Assembly (NCBI GenBank): GCA_042218075.1 | Contig: JBDGRK010000026.1 | Span: 1 to 18,617, forward strand | DNA from: Candidatus Nanohaloarchaea archaeon | GTDB taxonomy: Archaea > Nanohalarchaeota > Nanosalinia > Nanosalinales > Nanosalinaceae | Direction: 5' to 3' | DNA: 18,617 nt | Shown here: positions 1-6,598 of the stretch, piece after piece | How positions within the stretch are numbered: the stretch's first letter is position 1 | How the letters are laid out: every line of letters begins with the position of its first letter | Position numbers and translations under genes: made by a program | The notes under the pieces: generated by a model | Told to the model about the DNA's origin: nothing | The model's database searches: none | The model's input: only the letters and a program-made list of their open reading frames with translations

Positions 1-383
1 CACTTGGATATGTTGAGGATAACAGGGATGACAGCTCGGTTGTATACGAGAACGGCATAGGAGTGATCGATGGAGGAAGCAGTATCGGCGACGATTTCAT
101 AGGCACTGTAACAACGATAAGCATGAGCAACGGTTTCTTTTCAGATGTTCCGGCGATACTTGGAGTAGCTGAATCCGATAAAGACAAGATCAAGGCATCT
201 TGCCGGGCGACGAAGGAGGCGGTGGAGAACGGCCTGAATCTTGGAGAGGTAATGGAGCAAGTCTGTGAAGAGGTGGAGGGAGAGGGCGGAGGACACAGTG
301 TGGCAGCGGGCGCCAAGTTCCCGAGAGACAGGAAGGAAGAGTTCATTGAGAAAGTGAGCAACCAGATAAAGGCTCAGGCATAG
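1..383 (+). CDS. DHH-family phosphoesterase (RecJ/GAN/Cdc45-like), C-terminal DHHA1 domain; 5'-truncated by window edge
   Basis: Frame is open from position 3 (LGYVEDNRDD...). DHHA1 motifs IKASCR and EGGGHSVAAGA. Lies upstream of rps3ae, as in the conserved archaeal rps15-recJ-like-(pcc1)-rps3ae string. Confidence 0.88.
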   Translation, partial: LGYVEDNRDDSSVVYENGIGVIDGGSSIGDDFIGTVTTISMSNGFFSDVPAILGVAESDKDKIKASCRATKEAVENGLNLGEVMEQVCEEVEGEGGGHSVAAGAKFPRDRKEEFIEKVSNQIKAQA

Positions 384-1117
384 ATATAGTGGAAAGATCG
401 GACTACTTCATCCCTCATCTGATCCTGGTCAAGTTCCGGAAGTTCCTTGAGTTTGATATCAAGCCTCTCCAGAATATCTTTTACGAGTAGATAGGAAAGA
501 TTGTATCCTTCCGCATCCTCGCAATTATTGCCTCCTCTCTGGAACAGGCTCTCAGGACCGGGAACTCTTTCCTCGTCAAACTTCGCTCTCACAGCTTCAG
601 AATCTATTTCAGGCGGATTGTCCGACCTGTAGTGCGGTTCCCAGTCTATTCCAAGCTTTCCAGTGACCTTCTCCGCAGTATTCATGGCATGTCCCTCGAA
701 TACCATCTGGAACCAGTTCTTCTTCCAGTCAAACTCTCTATCCTCTATGCTTCTGTAGAAATCCAGGTGAGCCATTTCATGGGCGATCATGTTGACAAGG
801 CACTCTCTCCAGTTTTCTCTACCTCTAACGGCTCTAAGCATTACAACGTCTATGCCTGGTCCTGTCCATCCAGCGAATGAGTGACCGTGAACGTACTGGT
901 TTACTGTCGCTCCTTCCTGTATCTCTGTTTCATCGGTTGAAGCGAAGTATAGAGTGAAATCTGCGGATATTCCGGTCAAATCTTCAATTTTTCCTACTAT
1001 TTCAGGTATCAGCTCGCCAAAAAACTCTTGCTGCTCCTCATTCGGCTCCCGGGCGTATTTTACGAAGTTTTCCCAGTAATCGGAGTGCTTTTCTCCATCG
1101 AAGAATTCAAGCTTCAT
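374..1117 (-). CDS. Putative Zn-dependent protease (DUF2268-like zincin)
   Basis: HExxH motif (IAHEMAH), downstream third-ligand Glu (VFEGHA) and a late GYNLSYLLV helix; 247 aa. Confidence 0.72.
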   Translation of the reverse strand: MKLEFFDGEKHSDYWENFVKYAREPNEEQQEFFGELIPEIVGKIEDLTGISADFTLYFASTDETEIQEGATVNQYVHGHSFAGWTGPGIDVVMLRAVRGRENWRECLVNMIAHEMAHLDFYRSIEDREFDWKKNWFQMVFEGHAMNTAEKVTGKLGIDWEPHYRSDNPPEIDSEAVRAKFDEERVPGPESLFQRGGNNCEDAEGYNLSYLLVKDILERLDIKLKELPELDQDQMRDEVVRSFHYIYA

Positions 1118-1140
1118 GCCAACCGATCCGGCGGAAACTG

Positions 1141-1148
1141 TTTATAAA
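1141..1148. promoter_or_regulatory. Palindromic TATA box between divergent genes
   Basis: TTTATAAA is 24 nt from the minus-strand ATG at 1117 and 23 nt from the plus-strand ATG at 1171, which fits leaderless transcripts in both directions. Confidence 0.6.
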
Positions 1149-1170
1149 GTTTTGAGCCTCTTTTCCGGGT

Positions 1171-1725
1171 ATGGCCAAGGCTGTGATCCAGAAAAACTGG
1201 TACGAGATCCAGATTCCCGACGTCTTCGACGAGGACTCTGTTTCAGAGACCCCCGCAGAGAAGGATTCGCAGGTCGTCGGCAGGACTGTCAGCGAGAACC
1301 TGACCGAATTAATGGATGGCTCGGAGAAGTATTATGTTGACGTGGAGCTGAAGGTTACAGATGTAGAGGGAAACAAGGCCTTCTCGGAGATCAACGGTAT
1401 GGAGTGTTCCTCCGAGTACGTTTCAAGGATGATCAGGAAGAGAAGCAACAGGCTTGATCTGGTTGAGGACTTCGAAACCGCGGACGGGAGAAAAGTTAGA
1501 ATAAAGATCGTGGGAGCAACCGTCAAGAAGACATCGACCCAGACACTCAAGGCTGTGAGAAACCGGATTACAGAGATAATTGATGAGAGAACTTCCGAGA
1601 ACGATTACAACCAGCTGATGGAGCAGATTTTTATGGACGAACTACAGCAGGAGCTGAGGGATGAGGTAAACGATATCTATCCTTTCAGGGAACTGGAAGT
1701 AAGGAAGACTGAGCTTCTGGAATGA
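1171..1725 (+). CDS. rps3ae: 30S ribosomal protein S3Ae (eS1)
   Basis: KNWYEIQIPDVF, VVGRTV, EYVSRMIRKRSNRLD, TADG and IYPFRELEVRKTE match eS1 motifs. Confidence 0.95.
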   Translation: MAKAVIQKNWYEIQIPDVFDEDSVSETPAEKDSQVVGRTVSENLTELMDGSEKYYVDVELKVTDVEGNKAFSEINGMECSSEYVSRMIRKRSNRLDLVEDFETADGRKVRIKIVGATVKKTSTQTLKAVRNRITEIIDERTSENDYNQLMEQIFMDELQQELRDEVNDIYPFRELEVRKTELLE

Positions 1726-1755
1726 TTTTAAAATACGCCGCCTCCAAACTTTGAT

Positions 1756-1920
1756 ATGGAACAGAAAGAGGCAATCAAGAATGGATTGTTGAGTTCGGCT
1801 ATCGCGCTGATTTTTACTTACCTCGTCAGCATGGTTGTACCCAACCCGGAACTTACCTGGGCAATGATCGCAGTCGGGTTCGCATCGTTCTTCTCCGGGT
1901 TTTTCTCCAGCTACTACTAG
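1756..1920 (+). CDS. Small two-TM membrane protein, 54 aa (below ORF-track cutoff)
   Basis: MEQKEAIKNGLLSSAIALIFTYLVSMVVPNPELTWAMIAVGFASFFSGFFSSYY*. TATA-like TTTTAAAATA at 1726-1735. Fills the gap and its stop overlaps the DoxX stop. Confidence 0.75.
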   Translation: MEQKEAIKNGLLSSAIALIFTYLVSMVVPNPELTWAMIAVGFASFFSGFFSSYY

Positions 1921-2315
1921 AGAAGGGCGTCAACCGCGTACTTGCCCGCGCCATTAAGGTAGTACATGAAGCAGGCTCCCAGCAGCAGCAAGTCTACCTC
2001 GTAACCACCTTCGAAGCCCTTGTCCATCTTTACTATCGCAATATAAGTCACGAAGACCATGAAGGCTGTCAGGAATAACGCCGCAAGCTGTGTGTACAGA
2101 CCTATAGCCAGCATCGTTCCCAGTACAATCTCGATCGCAAGAGCCAGATACACTAGAAATACTGAATCAGGTAGACCCACGCTCTTGAAGAATTCCCTGG
2201 TGGATTCCGGGTCCTCCAGCTTCGGAACTGCGTGTTTTACGAAGACAGAACCTAGAATAATTCTGAACGTTGCAAGCCCGAGAGCCGCGTACTGTGTGGT
2301 GAGTTCCAGAACCAT
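1917..2315 (-). CDS. DoxX family membrane protein
   Basis: FRIILGSVFVKHAVPKL, EIVLGTMLAIGLYT, GYEVDLLL and GAGKYAVD. SD-like AGGTGG just upstream. Confidence 0.92.
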   Translation of the reverse strand: MVLELTTQYAALGLATFRIILGSVFVKHAVPKLEDPESTREFFKSVGLPDSVFLVYLALAIEIVLGTMLAIGLYTQLAALFLTAFMVFVTYIAIVKMDKGFEGGYEVDLLLLGACFMYYLNGAGKYAVDALL

Positions 2316-2366
2316 GATACCACCTTAAAATAAATTTGGAGACACCGGTTTATAATACCTACTAGA

Positions 2367-2602
2367 GCCGGGGTAGCCAAGTGGCCAAAGCTCGATGAGC
2401 TTTGGGGCGCAGCGTTCGGAAGAACCGCTGCTCAAACAACTTTCGCTCGAAAGTTGTGGGTCACAGAAAACCGCATGGTTTTCGAGTGGTCAAAGGCGAC
2501 GGACTCAAGATACTTCCCGCTTCGTCGAAACGAAGCTGGTAGTTTTTACATTTTGATATCCGTTCCCGCAGGGGTTCCGGAGTTCAAATCTCCGCCCCGG
2601 CA
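2367..2602 (+). tRNA. tRNA-Leu(CAA) with a 105-nt D-loop insertion (~2390-2494) and a 48-nt anticodon-loop intron (~2510-2557)
   Basis: Removing both insertions gives GCCGGGG TA GCC AAGTGGCCAAA GGC G ACGGA CTCAAGA TCCGT TCCCGCAGGGGTTC CGGAG TTCAAAT CTCCG CCCCGGC A: perfect acceptor, anticodon and T stems, long variable arm, A73. Exact junctions are ambiguous because of short junction repeats. Confidence 0.88.
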
Positions 2603-2685
2603 TTCAGGAGATTTGATTACAGAAAATCTCCGATTTTCGAATTCTAGTCCTTTCCCCGGCAAGTATTCAATACAGTAGGTTTGAA

Positions 2686-3303
2686 TCAGGGAGGCATCCA
2701 GTGATAGTCGTAAACTTTAGGTTGAAGATAGTTGCCTTTCTCAAATCCCACAGCGGAAGAATCTAGATCAGAAGGGTTCAGATCATACGCTGCCAATTCG
2801 TTTTTGACTTGAGTAAGTGCCAACCTTGATGTTAAGAAGGAACCCGGACTCCAGTCGCTCTTAAGAACTCCATCCTCCAGATAATGCCTGTACGCCTGCT
2901 TGGCAGCGACCTCTTCCTGAACCAGAAACCTTCCGCCTTTACCCAGAGATATCACTTCCGCAAGTATATCTTCCCGGTAACCCTCTTGAGAGCGAAAATG
3001 TTGCCAGGTCTGGGCTTCGCTCCTGTTGAATTCCCTTTTTTCAAGACCTCTGGGAAACTTTACAACGGCTTGCCTACCTAGAACCTCTTCGTCAATATCG
3101 AAAGCAATTCTCCGGCTTCCTTTTCCCCGGTATTCCAAGGGGAAATCATCGGACAGAGATTCAGCCGATCTTAATACATTAAATGTGGTATCTTCCTCTT
3201 CCAGAGTCGTATCCAGCATCCTCTGGAATCTATGGTTGGCCTCTTCGAGCATCGATTCCGCGTCTGAAACGTCTGAATCTTGGTTTGATAAAGCTGCAGA
3301 CAT
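2686..3303 (-). CDS. Hypothetical protein with protein-kinase-like fold motifs
   Basis: In order: Gly loop RGKGSRRIAF, AVVKF, helix-C NRSE, hinge FLVQE, catalytic-loop-like DLDSSAVG, and KVYDY. Confidence 0.6.
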   Translation of the reverse strand: MSAALSNQDSDVSDAESMLEEANHRFQRMLDTTLEEEDTTFNVLRSAESLSDDFPLEYRGKGSRRIAFDIDEEVLGRQAVVKFPRGLEKREFNRSEAQTWQHFRSQEGYREDILAEVISLGKGGRFLVQEEVAAKQAYRHYLEDGVLKSDWSPGSFLTSRLALTQVKNELAAYDLNPSDLDSSAVGFEKGNYLQPKVYDYHWMPP

Positions 3304-3353
3304 CTATACCAGAGAAAGTTATGCTGAATCTATAAATAAAGTAGAACCAGGAG

Positions 3354-3701
3354 CTACTGCCCGAGATCGCTTAACTCTTCCTGTAAATTCTCTAGCTCGG
3401 AGTGGAGCTCATTCACAGAATCATCAAGTTCGTTTCTCTGCGGTTCCTCTCTCTCGTAGGATACCTGCTGCATATCCTCTACTTCCGGCATCTCGACCTC
3501 TACATCCTCCAGCTTTTCGTTAAGCCTGTCAATATTCTCGTAGACGGTCTCGATCGATTTCTCCTTTACATCCCTGACCTGTTCGAGAACTTCCGACGCC
3601 TCTCTAATATTCTCAATAATCTGCCTGATGGCTTCAAGGTCCTCTAACAGAATCCTGTAGCCGTCCACCCTGACGTAGAGTTGGTCTTCTTCCGATGGCA
3701 T
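3354..3701 (-). CDS. Acidic coiled-coil hypothetical protein
   Basis: LYVRVDGY followed by heptad-rich helices; host-like composition; TTTTTAATA about 30 nt upstream. Resembles from memory a small DPANN-type conserved protein (unverified). Confidence 0.8.
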   Translation of the reverse strand: MPSEEDQLYVRVDGYRILLEDLEAIRQIIENIREASEVLEQVRDVKEKSIETVYENIDRLNEKLEDVEVEMPEVEDMQQVSYEREEPQRNELDDSVNELHSELENLQEELSDLGQ

Positions 3702-3759
3702 CTTCCTGATTTTAAATTGATCAGAGCCCCTATTAAAAATACTTTCTCGAGGAAAAGAG

Positions 3760-3819
3760 TCAGAGGTGTTCAGTTGTCATCACCGCGGTTTCCCGCTCAG
3801 ACTTTACTTTCCTCATCAT
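3760..3819 (-). ncRNA. Box C/D guide sRNA
   Basis: Minus strand: C box ATGATGA, 12-nt guide GGAAAGTAAAGT, D' CTGA, hairpin GCGG-GAAA-CCGC, C' GTGATGA, 13-nt guide CAACTGAACACCT, D box CTGA. All four boxes match consensus with canonical spacing; intergenic. Confidence 0.88.
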
Positions 3820-3830
3820 TCAAGCAGATT

Positions 3831-4349
3831 CTAGACCTCTCCCTCGTGGTATCTCCCGGAATATCTTTCCGTCTCCTCTATCCTGTGGAAAACAAGCTGG
3901 TTGATCCTCGCATTCTGTTTTATCTCCACTCCTTCAGGATTCTCAACTACCAGCATGAAGCTGCCTGTCCCGGTGTATCCCGAGTCCCATACCGCGTTTT
4001 CGACGGAGCAACCCATCCTCAAGAGCGATGAACGCGGAAACGCGAAGGCAACGAGATCTTCGGGAATGTCTACCTTCTCGTTCATAACCACCTTGTAGGC
4101 TCCCTGTTCCAGCTTCCACCAGCCATATTCATCGCTCTCACTCTTCTTTACTGGCTCTATCGGCTCTGAATCCGGTATCTCCCTCTCGGAGTTAGAAAAG
4201 TCGAGCTTTCCACTACCCATGTACTCGTGTATCTCTCCAGCGGTAAGGTCGAATCCCTGGGGAGTCAGCTGCGTCTCCAGGTGCGGGTAGTTCTGTATTA
4301 AACCGTTTTCCTCTATCTCTTTCCTGAGTTCTTCCTTATTAAGAACCAT
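3831..4349 (-). CDS. dUTPase / dCTP deaminase family protein (archaeal dUTPase type)
   Basis: QLTPQGFDLT, FPRSSLLRMG, VWDSGYTG, ARINQLVF and YSGRY. Confidence 0.9.
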   Translation of the reverse strand: MVLNKEELRKEIEENGLIQNYPHLETQLTPQGFDLTAGEIHEYMGSGKLDFSNSEREIPDSEPIEPVKKSESDEYGWWKLEQGAYKVVMNEKVDIPEDLVAFAFPRSSLLRMGCSVENAVWDSGYTGTGSFMLVVENPEGVEIKQNARINQLVFHRIEETERYSGRYHEGEV

Positions 4350-4430
4350 AAATCAAAATTCAAAGCATAAAACTAAAAGTTTCACACTTCGGCAGAAATC
4401 CTTAATAAGAAATAGAAACAGAGTTAACAC

Positions 4431-6542
4431 ATGAAGTTCAAACTTCTGCTTCTTGGAACCGCACTTTTAATGACCGCAAGCGTGGGAACCGCACAGTCAG
4501 CTGAAAACACGAACCTGGACACTGTTTTAGTTACCTCCACAGCAAACTACCCTGATACCTTCCTGGCAAACCCGGTATCGGAAAAGCTTGGAGCGCCTAC
4601 AATACTGACCGAGAAGAATTCTCTGCCTAGCGAAGCATCCGAAACCCTTTCAGAACTTGACGTGGAGGAAGCTGTAATAATTGGAGGGCCCAGCGTTGTG
4701 AGCGAGTCAGTGGAGCAGGATATAGATTCAGAGGTAAACACCACTACCAGGCTATGGGGAACAACGCAGGTAGGAACCTCTTCAGAGGTTTCAGGATACT
4801 TCTGGACCGGGAGCAAGGAAGCAACTTTAGTCCAGTATCCGCTTGAATCCATGGATTCCTACAGGGCGCTGGCACGGGCTTCTCACGAATCTGATGAGAA
4901 TCCACTGATTATTTCCAAACCGGGAACCCTTTCAGCTACTGCACTGACGGAAATCGAAAGACTTGGCGCGACCGAAGTAGAGGTATACTCCACGAACTCA
5001 GTAAATGTGACACAGGACCTGAAAGAGATCGGTGTGAAGGAAGTAAATATTGAATCTCTTGATTCCCTGGCGGAAGAAGATCAAAATAATACAAAGGTTT
5101 TCGTGGCGGCACCGGAGTTCAGGCAGGCTTTATCGGCTGCGGCCTCAAGAGGCAGCACTTTTATAGTACAGAGAGAAGATGAAGTGTCAGAGGCAGTCAC
5201 CGCGGCCCGGCAGAGCGAGAATGACAAACTATATGTTACAGGTCAGGCTGATCTGGCCGCCCGGATAGCTGAGAGTCTGAGACAGGAGACTGATAAGCAA
5301 GCTGTGCTGATACCTGGAGAACCTTCAAAGGTATCCGCCAACTTGACGGGGCGAGAGGCCGAAGAATGGTCCAGGGAACAGGATCAAGAGCTTTCAGAGT
5401 GGAGGCAGAACGCAAAAACATCACCCGGACTGAAGAAGGCCGCAAATAAATCTATAGAGAGAGCGAAAAGTTCTGTAGATCAAAACAGCTCGGAAAACGC
5501 CAGGGAACTGCTTCAGGACGCGAGAGATGCTTACAGGGATGGCGACTACTTCGAGGCCAGGAAGCTTGCGACGAGGGCACACTCCACCGCAAGGTCTGAA
5601 GAGTTCAGGTCGATGTCACGAAAAGAAATACGGGAAAAAGTGGAGCAAGACAGGGAAGACTTCAGGCAAGCCTCCGATGAGCTATCGAAACTCGGCCAGG
5701 AACAGGCCGAAGAACTCAGGAACGCTGAATCAATGGAGGAGAGGCTGGAGATCATAAGGGAGTACAGGCAGCAGAGGAGAGAGGTTTTAAAAGAGCTGAA
5801 ACAGAAGGCTAGAGAGAACGGAAGGGACGTAGAGAAGAGACAGAGATCCGGGGGAGAAAGATTCAGGCAGGAATCGGGCGATTCAGAAGATGTAGGCAGT
5901 TCGGAGCTTTCGCTTGAAGTCGAAGGAAACGAAGTGAAAGCAAAAGCTGAGTACACCGCCTTCACAGCCGGATACACGTATGAGACGAGCTTTGATGGGA
6001 ACGGATCGCCGGTCGAATTTGATCTCCGCCTGAACTCTCCGGAAGGACGTGCAGCACAGGTAGTCAGCGATTACAGGCTTGAGAGAAGGGAAAGGCTTGG
6101 TAATGGAAGCTACAACGTAAGCGCGAGATTTGTTCTTGATGGAGAGGAGCTTGAATCTATTCAGAAGCAGGTGAAGGTTCCATCGCAGCAGGAGTTCGAG
6201 AGTGAATCGGAAGCCGCCGAGGAATCCTCCAGTGGAGAAGACAATGTTGTCAGGTACACTGATTCAGGGTTCATGCCACGACAGATCACTATTGAGCAGG
6301 GAGAGACTGTGAAATGGATAGATGAAAGTTCAAGATCGATGTGGGTTGGTTCAGATATGCATCCGACTCACAGAAAGTACGATGGTACATCACTGAGAGA
6401 GCACTGCGAAGGCGGCGAGAGCGATACCTTCGATCAATGCTCGGTAGGAGACGAATACGAGTTCGAGTTTGAGAAGACAGGAGAGTTCGGTTACCACAAC
6501 CACAGGTTCGATTCTCACTCTGGAACCGTGATAGTGGAGTAA
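4431..6542 (+). CDS. Secreted/surface multidomain protein: signal peptide, cell-wall-binding-2-like repeats, charged helical stalk, beta-rich domain, C-terminal cupredoxin-like domain
   Basis: Signal peptide MKFKLLLLGTALL...TAQS. CWB2-like NYPD...APTILT...LP...IIGGPSVVS...RLWG. E/R/K/Q-rich middle. C-terminal GFMPRQITIEQGETVKW...FEFEKTGEFGYHNH...GTVIVE. Confidence 0.82.
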   Translation: MKFKLLLLGTALLMTASVGTAQSAENTNLDTVLVTSTANYPDTFLANPVSEKLGAPTILTEKNSLPSEASETLSELDVEEAVIIGGPSVVSESVEQDIDSEVNTTTRLWGTTQVGTSSEVSGYFWTGSKEATLVQYPLESMDSYRALARASHESDENPLIISKPGTLSATALTEIERLGATEVEVYSTNSVNVTQDLKEIGVKEVNIESLDSLAEEDQNNTKVFVAAPEFRQALSAAASRGSTFIVQREDEVSEAVTAARQSENDKLYVTGQADLAARIAESLRQETDKQAVLIPGEPSKVSANLTGREAEEWSREQDQELSEWRQNAKTSPGLKKAANKSIERAKSSVDQNSSENARELLQDARDAYRDGDYFEARKLATRAHSTARSEEFRSMSRKEIREKVEQDREDFRQASDELSKLGQEQAEELRNAESMEERLEIIREYRQQRREVLKELKQKARENGRDVEKRQRSGGERFRQESGDSEDVGSSELSLEVEGNEVKAKAEYTAFTAGYTYETSFDGNGSPVEFDLRLNSPEGRAAQVVSDYRLERRERLGNGSYNVSARFVLDGEELESIQKQVKVPSQQEFESESEAAEESSSGEDNVVRYTDSGFMPRQITIEQGETVKWIDESSRSMWVGSDMHPTHRKYDGTSLREHCEGGESDTFDQCSVGDEYEFEFEKTGEFGYHNHRFDSHSGTVIVE

Positions 6543-6598
6543 AGAATTCCTGGAAGTAATTAAAAGATTTCCAGCCTAGTCTTATGCTGTTGGTTGAT

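Noticed and set aside
2385-2536. CRISPR array among the regularly sized hairpins
   Set aside because: The hairpin sequences differ from each other, there is no repeat-spacer periodicity and no cas genes are present.
2454-2678. 74-aa ORF over tRNA-Leu as an intron-encoded protein (likewise 17199-17462 over tRNA-Pro)
   Set aside because: Runs through tRNA exons and has no recognisable motifs or acidic bias.
3026-4098. Plus-strand ORFs 3026-3523, 3402-3647, 3681-4031 and 3901-4098
   Set aside because: Antisense to better-supported minus-strand genes and to the C/D sRNA.
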